Source of the DNA: Candidatus Poriferisocius sp.
GTDB taxonomy: Bacteria > Actinomycetota > Acidimicrobiia > Acidimicrobiales > Bin134
Direction of reading: 5' to 3'
DNA: 64,000 bases
Assembly (NCBI RefSeq): GCF_965208355.1
Contig: NZ_CBDBOM010000003.1
Location: 1,217,394-1,281,393, forward strand
The notes below the pieces were generated by a model. That model made no database searches. It was not told where the DNA came from and worked only from the letters and a program-made list of their open reading frames with translations. Shown here in pieces: positions 18,710 through 27,534 of the stretch. A program made the translations under genes and the position numbers. Numbering within the stretch: position 1 is the first letter of the stretch; each line of letters starts with the position of its first letter.

Positions 18710-19423
18710 ATGCGGGTGATCGCCCATCGGGGAGCTTCGCAGGCCGAGCGGGAGAACACGCTGGAGGCGTTTCGAGTCGCGGTCGCGCTCAACGCCGACG
18801 GGGTGGAGCTGGACGTGAGGCGCACGGCCAACGACGTTTTGGTGGTACACCACGACGCCCATCTGGCCGACGGTCGAGCAATCATCGATCTGCATGACGA
18901 CGAGCTGCCCGACTGGGTGCCGACGCTGGCCGAGGTGATGGATGTGTGTTTGGACCCGGCCTCAGAGCGGGAGTTCGTGATCAACATCGAGATCAAGAGC
19001 GCGCCCAATGATCCCGACTACGACGCCGAGCACCAAGTGTCGGCCGCAGTGGCCGGTCTGGTGATGGGGTGGGGGATTGGCGAGCACCGCGGAGAGGTGA
19101 TCGTCTCGTCATTCGACATTGAGGCCCTCAATCGGATCAGGGCCATCGATCCCGGCATTCCCACCGCCTACCTGACCTTCGAGGTGCTGGCTCCCGAATT
19201 GCTGGTGAACCGGGTGGTAGCCGCCGGCCACAGCGCCATCCACCCCTACTTCGCCTCCACCAGCAAGGCCCTCATAGACGCCGCCCACGCTGCCGGCCTC
19301 GAAGTCAACGTGTGGACCGTCAACGAGCCCGACCAGATCGCCCAACTGGCCGCTATAGGCGCCGACGCCGTCATCACCGACGTCCCCGACATAGCCCGCG
19401 CGGCAATAAATGAAAAAGACTGA
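18710..19423 (+). CDS. glycerophosphodiester phosphodiesterase
   Basis: 237 aa with IAHRGASQAERENTLEAF, GVELDVRRT and NIEIK, typical GDPD-family motifs. Confidence 0.85.
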   Translation: MRVIAHRGASQAERENTLEAFRVAVALNADGVELDVRRTANDVLVVHHDAHLADGRAIIDLHDDELPDWVPTLAEVMDVCLDPASEREFVINIEIKSAPNDPDYDAEHQVSAAVAGLVMGWGIGEHRGEVIVSSFDIEALNRIRAIDPGIPTAYLTFEVLAPELLVNRVVAAGHSAIHPYFASTSKALIDAAHAAGLEVNVWTVNEPDQIAQLAAIGADAVITDVPDIARAAINEKD

Positions 19424-19438
19424 AATCTATCTAAAGAC

Positions 19439-19533
19439 GGTAAGGTGACCGGAGGGTGGGCTTGGCCCACCCGATTCGGTCCTTCAACTGAAAACTCGGC
19501 ACCGAACCGGGATGAGGCCGAGTCCACCTTACC
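19439..19533. other. candidate structured RNA or complex bidirectional terminator (closed three-way fold)
   Basis: A 9-bp closing helix pairs GGTAAGGTG (19439-19447) with CACCTTACC (19525-19533). It encloses hairpin 19448-19480 (13 bp in two segments, including GGGTGGGC/GCCCACCC) and hairpin CTCGGC/GCCGAG (19495-19522). Confidence 0.25.
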
Positions 19534-19580
19534 CCTTCTGCACAGTTCTCTCCAGGGTTGGATGCTCTGTTGAGTTTCAG

Positions 19581-20552
19581 TCAACCCAACGGCAGGGCCA
19601 GGGCGAGGGCGTTGGCGGCGTGGTGGAACTCGAGGCGGGTGGTTTCGCCGATGTAGTCGCCGTCGAGTTGGTAGGGGAAGGGGGCGTCGCTGGCCACCAC
19701 GACGCTGGTCACGCCAGTGCGAGAGTGGACGTGGCGGTGGGCGGTGACCGGGGGGCCGTAGCCCAGGGCGCCGGCCGCTACCCGCAGGAGCCGGTTGGCT
19801 CGCAGTGACCGCAGCGTGACCATCGACAAGGGCACATCCAAGGTGGTGTCGGGTATGACGTCGAAGGGGCGGGACCCCAGGTAGGTGTAGGGGTTGGTGT
19901 TCAGGCAGATGGCGAACTGGCCGGTCACCGCCTCGCCGTCTGAGTGGTAGACGGTAAACCGGGGACGCGACCGGTCGTAGTGGCGCAGCCAGGTGTCCAC
20001 CGCGGCAAAGGCGAACAGCGCGTGGTTGGCGTATCGCTTCAGACCGGCCCTGCGCTCCACTTGCTGAACCACGGCCGCGTCGTACCCCACGCCGGCGTGG
20101 AATAGGAAATACCGCCCGTTCACCTGCCCCAGCCCTACCCGTTTGATGTGGCCGGCGGCCAGCGTCTCCAACAGCATGGCGGCCGCCTCCACCGGGTCGT
20201 CGGGCAGCCCGATGGTGCGGGCGAAAACGTTGGTCGATCCCCCCGGAAGCGGGGCAAGGGCCACATCCGACCCGGCCAGTCCGTTGATGGCCTCGTTCAG
20301 AGTCCCGTCGCCCCCCAGAACCGCCACCGCATCGCAGCCGTCGGCCACCGCTCCGTGGGCCAGGCGCGAGGCGTGGCCCCGGCGATGGGTGATGGCCAAC
20401 GTCACGTCGTGGTCGGCGGCCAGCGCCTTCTCGATGACCACCTGGGTCCGGGCGGTGACCGACGAAGCGTGGGGGTTGACCAAAAGCAGGACTTTCAGAC
20501 CTTCTACGCTACCGCTTCTAGCCAGAAGTCCATAAAGCATCATTGGCGGCAA
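19581..20552 (-). CDS. diacylglycerol/lipid kinase family protein
   Basis: 323 aa with LLLVNPHASS and GGDGTLNEAINGL, the DAGK catalytic-domain signature. Confidence 0.82.
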   Translation of the reverse strand: MPPMMLYGLLARSGSVEGLKVLLLVNPHASSVTARTQVVIEKALAADHDVTLAITHRRGHASRLAHGAVADGCDAVAVLGGDGTLNEAINGLAGSDVALAPLPGGSTNVFARTIGLPDDPVEAAAMLLETLAAGHIKRVGLGQVNGRYFLFHAGVGYDAAVVQQVERRAGLKRYANHALFAFAAVDTWLRHYDRSRPRFTVYHSDGEAVTGQFAICLNTNPYTYLGSRPFDVIPDTTLDVPLSMVTLRSLRANRLLRVAAGALGYGPPVTAHRHVHSRTGVTSVVVASDAPFPYQLDGDYIGETTRLEFHHAANALALALPLG

Positions 20553-20617
20553 ATTGCTCCATTCTCCGCCCTCGTTTGGTTTTGCACCGTTTGGGGCGAG
20601 TGGGAGACTTGCACGCT

Positions 20618-21397
20618 ATGGACATTGTCGTCTGCGTGAAACAAATCCCCGATCCGGCCGATCCCGGGGAGCTCGACCCGGAGACCAAGACCCTCAAGCG
20701 GGATATGAAGCTCATCATGGACGAGTCGGACTCTTACGGGGTGGAGATGGCCCTCCAGCTGCGCGATGCCGCTGGTGAGGGCGAGGTGACTCTGGTGTCG
20801 ATGGCCCCCAACGAAGAGGTGAACGGTCTGCGCTCCGCGCTGGCCATGGGAGCCGACAAGGCCATCCTGGTCAGCGACGAGGCTTTGGCCGGAACCGATG
20901 CCCTGGGCACCGCCCGGGTCCTAGCCGCGGCCATCGGCCGGGCTCAGGCCGATCTGATCCTGGCCGCCACCGAGTCGTCCGACGGCTATACCGGCACTGT
21001 TCCCGAGCAGGTGGCCGAGCTGCTGGGCCTGCCATCGGTGACCTTCGCCAAGGAGATCCAAGCCGACGGCGGCGAGGTGGTGGTGAAGCGCCAGACCGAG
21101 GACGGCTACGACGAGGTGCGGTGTCCTCTGCCTGCGGTGGTGTCGGTAACCGCCGGGGTGGTGGAGCCCCGGTACCCGTCGTTCAAGGGCATCATGGCGG
21201 CCAAGTCCAAGCCGATGGATCAGGTGGGTGTGGCCGACTTGGGCATCAGCGCTGACCAGGTGGGCTGGGCCGGCGGCGGCCAGGAGATCACCGACGTCAG
21301 CCCCGCACCCGAGCGGGAAGCCGGCGAGATCGTCACTGACGAGGGCGACGCCCACGAGGCCATCATCGCCCTGCTCGAAGAGCTTCGGATCGTCTAG
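20618..21397 (+). CDS. etfB: electron transfer flavoprotein beta subunit
   Basis: From ATG 20618 the product is MDIVVCVKQIPDPADPGELD..., a typical EtfB N-terminus. It is followed by etfA. Confidence 0.92.
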   Translation: MDIVVCVKQIPDPADPGELDPETKTLKRDMKLIMDESDSYGVEMALQLRDAAGEGEVTLVSMAPNEEVNGLRSALAMGADKAILVSDEALAGTDALGTARVLAAAIGRAQADLILAATESSDGYTGTVPEQVAELLGLPSVTFAKEIQADGGEVVVKRQTEDGYDEVRCPLPAVVSVTAGVVEPRYPSFKGIMAAKSKPMDQVGVADLGISADQVGWAGGGQEITDVSPAPEREAGEIVTDEGDAHEAIIALLEELRIV

Positions 21398-21420
21398 GAG
21401 CAAGGACGCTAGGAGACAGC

Positions 21421-22383
21421 ATGGGAACCATTTGGGTTTATGCAGAGGCCTCGGGCGGCAAGGTCGCCTCGATCAGCCTGGAGTTGTTGACCAGAGCCCG
21501 CCAGCTTGCCGACACCGTGGAAGCGGTTGTGGGCGGCGATGGCGAGCAGGTGGCCGCAGAGCTCGGTGCCCACGGGGCGACCACGGTTCACGCCACCGGC
21601 GACCTGGGCGAGGGTCTGGCCGGCCCGGCCGTGGCCTCGGCCATTGCTTCTGCCATCGAGGCCGGTGCCGCACCAGACGCGGTGTTGTTCGGCACCACCT
21701 ACGATGGTCGGGACGTGGCCGGTCGGCTCTCAGTAAAGCTGAACGCCCCGGTCATCACCAACATCGTCGAGCTGGAGCAGGCCGACAGCGCTCTGGTCGG
21801 AACCGAGCCGGTCTTCGGCGGCACCGTCAACGTGAGCACCCGATTCAACGGATCGGGCGTCGGCCTGTTCTTGGTCCGCCCCAAGTCGTTCGCCGCGGAG
21901 GAGTCCGGCGGTGGACCGGCGGCGGTGTCAGCTCTGCCGGTGCCGGAGTTGGGCGCCACCGGGGCGGCCCGAGTGGTGGACCGTTTCGCCGAAGAGTCCT
22001 CAGGGCCCAAGCTGGACGAGGCCGGCGTGGTGGTCTCGGGCGGCCGGGGTCTGGGCGAGGCTGATAAGTACTCCATGATCGAGGACCTGGCCAACCTCCT
22101 GGGCGGGGCGGCGGGCGCGTCGCGCGCCATTGTGGACGCCGGCTGGGTTCCCTACTCCCATCAGGTGGGACAGACCGGCAAAGTGGTCAAGCCCGACGTG
22201 TACGTGGCCTGCGGCATCTCCGGGGCCACCCAGCATATGGTGGGCATGAAGGGCTCCAAGAACATCATCGCCATCAACAAGGATGCCGAGGCGCCCATCT
22301 TTGGGATCGCCGACCTCGGCGTGGTCGGCGATGTTCACAAGGTGCTGCCCAAACTGATCGAAGCCCTGCAAGCTCGGGGCTGA
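21421..22383 (+). CDS. etfA: electron transfer flavoprotein alpha subunit
   Basis: 320 aa. The C-terminal FAD-binding region is [39 protein letters not shown]. Confidence 0.92.
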   Translation: MGTIWVYAEASGGKVASISLELLTRARQLADTVEAVVGGDGEQVAAELGAHGATTVHATGDLGEGLAGPAVASAIASAIEAGAAPDAVLFGTTYDGRDVAGRLSVKLNAPVITNIVELEQADSALVGTEPVFGGTVNVSTRFNGSGVGLFLVRPKSFAAEESGGGPAAVSALPVPELGATGAARVVDRFAEESSGPKLDEAGVVVSGGRGLGEADKYSMIEDLANLLGGAAGASRAIVDAGWVPYSHQVGQTGKVVKPDVYVACGISGATQHMVGMKGSKNIIAINKDAEAPIFGIADLGVVGDVHKVLPKLIEALQARG

Positions 22384-22432
22384 GCTGGACTCGGCGACGT
22401 TGCGGCGCCCCGGCCCTGCGCCTTATGCGTCG

Positions 22433-23188
22433 TTAAACCAAGGGCCAGGGATGGCGGCGGCCGCTGGGGTCGACCGGGAATCGGCCCTCGTCGGCCAGGG
22501 CGTTGGCTCGCGTTTGCAGAGCATCTTGTTCGAACAAGGTAAGCAGGTCGCGCACTTCGGGTGGCAGGCCTTCGTCCAACAGGCGGGCCACGTCTTCGGC
22601 TAAGTCGTCGGGCAGCGGCTCCCCGGCCCATTCCCAGATCACCGTGCGCAATTTGAACTCGCAATGGAACGACAGCCCGTTGTCGATGCCGTAGAGCCGC
22701 CCGTCGTGGCCGAGCAGGATGTGGCCGCCCTTGCGGTCGGTGCTGTTGATGATGAAGTCGAACGCACACAGCCGTTGGAACCACCGATGGTGGGCGGGTT
22801 CCTCCCGCAGGGTGAAGTAGTGCTCGTCGTAGTCGGTGGGCACATAGAGCTGCACCGAGCCCTCGCCTAGCGGCCCGTCTCTGAGCACAGTGGGCGGTAT
22901 CAGATCCCACCCCAGGGCACGGGACAGCTCGAAGGCGGCGGTCTCCCGCTTGTGGAGCCCGGCGGGGAAGTCCCACAGGGGCCGCTCACCCTGCACCGGC
23001 TTGTACACCCCTTGGACGATGGGGGATTCAGGGGTGTGGACATCCACCAGGAACGTCATGTTGGAGCTCCAGGGCATCCGACCGAGCACGTCCAGCTCAC
23101 CGGCGGTGAGGATTTCAAAGGCGTCAGCGTCGTCGAGCGCGGGCCGATCACGAAACGGCGACTCCGCATTCGACTGGGACTGGCTCAT
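22433..23188 (-). CDS. SCO1664-family protein (PI3/4-kinase-like fold, function unknown)
   Basis: From ATG 23188 the product is MSQSQSNAESPF...WSSNMTFLV...INSTDRKGGHILL...GIDNGLSF. There is a TGATG overlap with the upstream DUF3090 gene. The ORF-track start at 23437 is rejected. Confidence 0.7.
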   Translation of the reverse strand: MSQSQSNAESPFRDRPALDDADAFEILTAGELDVLGRMPWSSNMTFLVDVHTPESPIVQGVYKPVQGERPLWDFPAGLHKRETAAFELSRALGWDLIPPTVLRDGPLGEGSVQLYVPTDYDEHYFTLREEPAHHRWFQRLCAFDFIINSTDRKGGHILLGHDGRLYGIDNGLSFHCEFKLRTVIWEWAGEPLPDDLAEDVARLLDEGLPPEVRDLLTLFEQDALQTRANALADEGRFPVDPSGRRHPWPLV

Positions 23189-23682
23189 CAGTTGGAGCAG
23201 GGGCACCAAGTGCCGTCGTCGTTGAGCGGAGCGCCGCAGTACCGGCATGGGGGACGGCCCGCGGCCACCACCTGTCGGGCCCGGGCGACAAAGCCGGCCA
23301 CCTGGCTTTGAGTGATCCGGAACCGAGCGGTGGCCAGATCGTCGTCTTCTTCTTCCTGGGTGGGCATCTCCGTTGCCATTATGAGCATTCGGTCGGCGTC
23401 GGCGTCGTAGCCGATCCCTATGTTGCCCACCGTCCACTCGGATTCCAGAGGCTCTATCAGGCCGATGTCGGCCTCCGGCACGATGGCATCTGGGTCGTCG
23501 CTGATCTCCCTGAGGGCCCCATCCAGATACTCCGCCAGCGCGGCCACCTGCTGTTTTTCCAGCTTGAGCGACACCAGCGTGCCGGTGATGCCCGCTTGGA
23601 GATAGAACACCCGTTGGCCGGGAGGCCCGATGGTGCCCACCGTGAAATGCTCAAGATCGTTCAGGTCGAAAGAAGCGCTCAT
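23188..23682 (-). CDS. DUF3090-family protein
   Basis: 164 aa, MSASFDLNDLEHFTVGTIGPPGQRVFYLQA..., with a C-terminal CRYCGAPLNDDGTWCPC zinc-ribbon-like end. It sits between the phosphomutase-like and SCO1664-like genes, as recalled for this actinobacterial trio. Confidence 0.7.
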   Translation of the reverse strand: MSASFDLNDLEHFTVGTIGPPGQRVFYLQAGITGTLVSLKLEKQQVAALAEYLDGALREISDDPDAIVPEADIGLIEPLESEWTVGNIGIGYDADADRMLIMATEMPTQEEEDDDLATARFRITQSQVAGFVARARQVVAAGRPPCRYCGAPLNDDGTWCPCSN

Positions 23683-23726
23683 GACGGCTCAAGGTCGTTC
23701 AGGTCGAAAGAAGCGCTCATGACGGC
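23649..23726. repeat. 38-bp tandem duplication (2 copies, 1 mismatch) covering the phosphomutase stop / DUF3090 start junction
   Basis: The 40-nt string gctcaag[a/g]tcgttcaggtcgaaagaagcgctcatgacggc occurs at 23649-23688 and again at 23687-23726. Confidence 0.95.
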
Positions 23727-24361
23727 ACGAGGGCCTTCAACTCAGATGTGCTGTTGACGGCCAGCACCAGCGGGCCATCGTCGCTGTAGAGGATGGCGGT
23801 GATCGAGCAGGGCGAGACAACGATCCGCTGGAACATGTCCAGGTGGGCGCCCGAGGCGTGGGAGACCGCCGCCTTGATGGTGTCGGCATGCGACACCGCC
23901 ACCACCGTTGTGCCGGGGTGGCGGGCCACCAGGGATTGCACGGCGCCGTTCATCCGGGTCTGCATCTCGGCGAACGACTCTCCCCCCGGGAAGCGGAAAC
24001 TGCTGGGGCTGCGCTGCACCTGGCGCCAGTCGCGGCGGCGGCGCAGGTCGCTGAGTCGCCGACCGGTCCACCGGCCGAAGTCGCACTCGTTGAGGCTGTC
24101 GAGCACCCGAACTCGCCGTCCCACCGCCCGGGCAATAGGCGCGGCGGTCTCCCGGGCCCGCTCCATGGGCGAGGCGTACACCGCCGCGATTCGTTTGGGG
24201 CCCAGGGCGGCGATGCGGGCCGCAGCTTGTTCCGCCTGTTCTCGGCCCCGGTCGCTGAGGTGCAGGCCGGGCGCCCGTCCGGGCAGCACCGCGCCGGTAG
24301 TGGGGGTTTGGCCATGGCGCACGAACAACACCAAGGTGGGTTTGCGGGATTTAGCGGCCAT
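23717..24361 (-). CDS. histidine phosphatase family protein (MSMEG_4193-type putative phosphomutase)
   Basis: 214 aa with the RHGQT catalytic motif (LFVRHGQTPTT) and a distal SHADTIKA His region. Confidence 0.8.
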   Translation of the reverse strand: MAAKSRKPTLVLFVRHGQTPTTGAVLPGRAPGLHLSDRGREQAEQAAARIAALGPKRIAAVYASPMERARETAAPIARAVGRRVRVLDSLNECDFGRWTGRRLSDLRRRRDWRQVQRSPSSFRFPGGESFAEMQTRMNGAVQSLVARHPGTTVVAVSHADTIKAAVSHASGAHLDMFQRIVVSPCSITAILYSDDGPLVLAVNSTSELKALVPS

Positions 24362-24418
24362 TTGCTCTATGGAATCTGCCTCTGGGTGTCGCTGCCTCTG
24401 AACAATTCTTGACAGCCA

Positions 24419-25117
24419 TTGTCTTCTATCTTGGCGGTAGTGGGCTCAACAGACACATTTGACGAACTTTCCGCCGATGTTATCGCCTGTCGCGCCTGCC
24501 CCCGGCTGGTGGCTTGGCGCGAGGAGGTGGCTGCGGTGAAGCGGGCCGCCTATCGGGACTGGACCTATTGGGGCCGGCCGGTGCCGGGATTCGGCGACCC
24601 CGACGCTCGTATCGTGGTGGTGGGTCTGGCGCCGGCGGCCCACGGCGCCAACCGCACCGGGCGAATGTTCACCGGCGACCGGTCGGGGGACTTCTTGTAT
24701 GCCTCGCTGCATCGGATGGGGCTGGCCAACCAGCCCGACGCCACCGACCGTGACGACGGGCTGGTGCTGAGCGACGTGTACATCACCGCCCCGGTACGCT
24801 GCGCGCCGCCCCAGAACAAGCCCACCCCCGCTGAGCGGGACGCTTGTCGCCCCTTCCTGGTGAGGGAGCTGGAGCTGTTGAGTCGGGCCCGGGTGTTTGT
24901 GGCCTTGGGGGCCATCGGCTACGGGGCGGTGGCCGCAGAGTTGGGGATGCGGCCCCGGCCCAAGTTTGCCCACGGCTTGGAGGCGCCCGCTCCCGGTGGG
25001 CCAACAGTGGTGTGTTCGTATCACGTGAGCCAGCAGAACACCTTTACCGGCCGGCTCACCGAGGACATGCTCGACGGGGTGTTCGCCCGGGCCATTGCGC
25101 TGGCCGACACGGTGTAG
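24419..25117 (+). CDS. uracil-DNA glycosylase, family 5 (UdgB-like)
   Basis: Contains the CRACPRLV Fe-S region and motif A GLAPAAHGANRTGRMFTGD. Ala replaces the catalytic polar residue, as in family 5. TTG start; the exact start is uncertain. Confidence 0.78.
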   Translation: MSSILAVVGSTDTFDELSADVIACRACPRLVAWREEVAAVKRAAYRDWTYWGRPVPGFGDPDARIVVVGLAPAAHGANRTGRMFTGDRSGDFLYASLHRMGLANQPDATDRDDGLVLSDVYITAPVRCAPPQNKPTPAERDACRPFLVRELELLSRARVFVALGAIGYGAVAAELGMRPRPKFAHGLEAPAPGGPTVVCSYHVSQQNTFTGRLTEDMLDGVFARAIALADTV

Positions 25118-25125
25118 CCCCGGGA

Positions 25126-25569
25126 ATGGTTCGCGACTTCGACGGATCGGGCGATACCGTTGGGCCCGTGACGAAGACCCGTTTGCTGGCGATTGTGGCT
25201 GCGCTGATTCTGGTAGCAGCCGCCTGCGGCAGCTCCGGCGCGCCCACTTCTTGGGACGACAATGCCGAGGACTATTGCCCGAGCGGAGGTGAACCCTGTG
25301 AGTCCGATGTTGAGCCCAACGTGGGCCAGCCCGAGCGGAACTTCCGCGATGGATGCAGGGAAGCCGGCAAAGACGACCTGGACCAGCAGGTTCAAGCGAA
25401 TTTGGACGATGTGTGCAAGTGCGGCTTCGACCGGATCAGGGACAGCTTGACCTTCGAGCAGTTCAAAGAGCTTGACGACGATCTGCGCAGCAACATCAAT
25501 GCCGACTTGACCGAAGAGGTGAGCCAGATCATGCGCCAGTGCATCTTGGAGGAATCGGGGCTGGGCTAG
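25126..25569 (+). CDS. Cys-rich lipoprotein, function unknown
   Basis: TKTRLLAIVAALILVAAACGSSG carries an LVAAAC lipobox, and seven further Cys follow. The start is either ATG 25126 or GTG 25168. Confidence 0.6.
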   Translation: MVRDFDGSGDTVGPVTKTRLLAIVAALILVAAACGSSGAPTSWDDNAEDYCPSGGEPCESDVEPNVGQPERNFRDGCREAGKDDLDQQVQANLDDVCKCGFDRIRDSLTFEQFKELDDDLRSNINADLTEEVSQIMRQCILEESGLG

Positions 25570-25611
25570 CAGCCCGCTGAGGGCAGATGCCCCCTCAGAC
25601 TCCTACCCGGC

Positions 25612-26802
25612 TCAGACCCCTACTCGGACCGCGCTCTCGGCCCACTCGGGCCAGCGCTGGCGGCTCTTGGCGGCCAGCTTGTGCATCAGGGCCACCGCGC
25701 CCGGGTCGTCGTCGCCGGGGCGGGCCTGGATCACCCCGTCGTCCAGCATGGCATTGATAACGGCTCGCCCCAGTTCGGTGCGGACCACGGTGAGGGTCCA
25801 GTCGGAGAGATCTCCGATGCCCCCGGTTGAGATGTCGGCGTGCTCGGCAGCGAAATCAGGGCAGAGGTTGCAGCCCTCCCGGGTCCAGGCGTGGCACTCC
25901 TTGAGGTTGATCTCGTGGTAGTCGCCGTTCTTCATCCACACCTGGAACACGCCCTTGATGTTCATCTTGGCGATCTGGTCGGTGGGCAAGCCGTACTTGA
26001 CCCAGAACAGCTCCTCGAACATGGAGTCGTCGAAGCTCTTTGAGCACAGCAGCCCGATGTTCAACTTGATGGGACGGCCCACCTTGCCCACCTTGCGGTT
26101 CCACATCACCGGTCCGATGGAGGTCTGACAGCTCATGCCCACCAGGGCCAGGTTCTCCAGCCCTCGCTCCTTGGCCTCCCGGTAGGCCAGGGGGTTGGCC
26201 GAATACGTGTAGCGGCTGCCCGCGCCCCGCAGCACCTCTTCCCGGTTGACGGCCAGGCCCGGCACTGCCTTCCAGCCGTCGGTGTCGCCGCCCTCCAAAA
26301 ATGAGGTGAGGGCGCCGTCGATGACGTCGTTCTCCAGGCACCAGATCAAGATGGCCGACACCAGCCCGCCGTCTTGGCCCACCTCGTACACGTAGTCGTC
26401 GCTGGCTCGCACCAGCAGGATGTCGCTGTAGATGCCGGAGACCTCTTCCTCGGTGCGGATGCGCCCAAACAGGTGCTCGTCGGCCTCGGCCTCCCAGGTG
26501 CGGAACCGGGGACAGGCCCGAGTGCAGGAAGTACACCCCTTCTGGCCGTGGATGCAGTCAGACAGGCCCAGCTCCTCCTCCAGGTGGAAGGGCTTGTACT
26601 GGCCAGGCTCGTGCTTGTAGCCGATCACATCATGAGGGCAGGCGATCACGCAGCCCGCGCACCCCGTGCACAGCCCGGTGTCGATGACCTCCTCGTAGAG
26701 TTCCTTCCACTGGTGCTTCCAGCGAACCTTGGCCTCAGCCACCCTGAAACTTTGCCACGCCCAGCATGTGATTTGGTCATTCAAAACGCATTTGCCCAGC
26801 AA
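25612..26802 (-). CDS. coenzyme F420 hydrogenase/dehydrogenase beta-subunit family protein (FrhB/FdhB-like)
   Basis: Contains the ferredoxin motif CTGCAGCVIACP and a second Cys cluster CIHGQKGCTSCTRACP, followed by an FrhB_FdhB-like body. An in-frame GTG at 26742 is a plausible true start. Confidence 0.72.
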   Translation of the reverse strand: MLGKCVLNDQITCWAWQSFRVAEAKVRWKHQWKELYEEVIDTGLCTGCAGCVIACPHDVIGYKHEPGQYKPFHLEEELGLSDCIHGQKGCTSCTRACPRFRTWEAEADEHLFGRIRTEEEVSGIYSDILLVRASDDYVYEVGQDGGLVSAILIWCLENDVIDGALTSFLEGGDTDGWKAVPGLAVNREEVLRGAGSRYTYSANPLAYREAKERGLENLALVGMSCQTSIGPVMWNRKVGKVGRPIKLNIGLLCSKSFDDSMFEELFWVKYGLPTDQIAKMNIKGVFQVWMKNGDYHEINLKECHAWTREGCNLCPDFAAEHADISTGGIGDLSDWTLTVVRTELGRAVINAMLDDGVIQARPGDDDPGAVALMHKLAAKSRQRWPEWAESAVRVGV

Positions 26803-26950
26803 GGCGCCATGGAGGAGGGGCCGGGAGGCAATGGCCGGAAAAGCCGGTAGGATGGCCGTTAAGGAGGCCCAAACCGCAGGCCAGCGCCAGATTGAGCGCC
26901 AGACTGCGCTTCGGACTGCGAGATAGCGAGATAGACGGGAGGAACAACAG

Positions 26951-27505
26951 ATGGGCGACTGGTGGGACGGCCTGACCGGCGACCTACAGGTCTTCTATCT
27001 GATCGGCGTTATTGCCGGCGTCTTCCTCATTCTCCAGCTCCTGTTGTTGGGCTTCGGCGTCGGCTCCGACCTCGACATCGATCTTGACGATGAGGGCGCG
27101 GGAACGGGGTTCCTGTCCCTGCGCAGCCTGACGGCGTTTTTCTTCGCCTTCGGCTGGACCGGCGTTTTGATGAAGGAAGCAGACAGCTCGACCGCGGTCT
27201 CGGTGATCGTGGCCATTGCGGTGGGGCTGGCGGTGTTCTTCGCCGTAGCCTTCATGTGGCGCAAGTTCTCCCAAATGGAGGAGAGCGGCTCAATCGACTA
27301 CCAGAGCGCGGTGGGCGTCATCGGCACCGTATACCTGCCGATTCCGGCCAACCGCTCCATGCCCGGCAAGGTTGAAATACTCATCCAGGGGCGGCTCCGA
27401 GTGATCGACGCCTACACCAACTCGGACGGCGACCTCCCGGCTCAGACCCGCGTCACCGTGGTTTCTGTGGTGGACCAGTCCACCGTCCTCGTCAAACCCC
27501 TGTAA
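26951..27505 (+). CDS. NfeD/YqiJ-like membrane protein
   Basis: 184 aa with an N-terminal multi-TM region and a C-terminal OB-like segment GKVEILIQGRLRVIDAYT. It lies directly upstream of a flotillin gene, the classic nfeD-SPFH pairing. Confidence 0.75.
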   Translation: MGDWWDGLTGDLQVFYLIGVIAGVFLILQLLLLGFGVGSDLDIDLDDEGAGTGFLSLRSLTAFFFAFGWTGVLMKEADSSTAVSVIVAIAVGLAVFFAVAFMWRKFSQMEESGSIDYQSAVGVIGTVYLPIPANRSMPGKVEILIQGRLRVIDAYTNSDGDLPAQTRVTVVSVVDQSTVLVKPL

Positions 27506-27534
27506 CTCATCTGATTTAGACCCGAAAGGACCTT

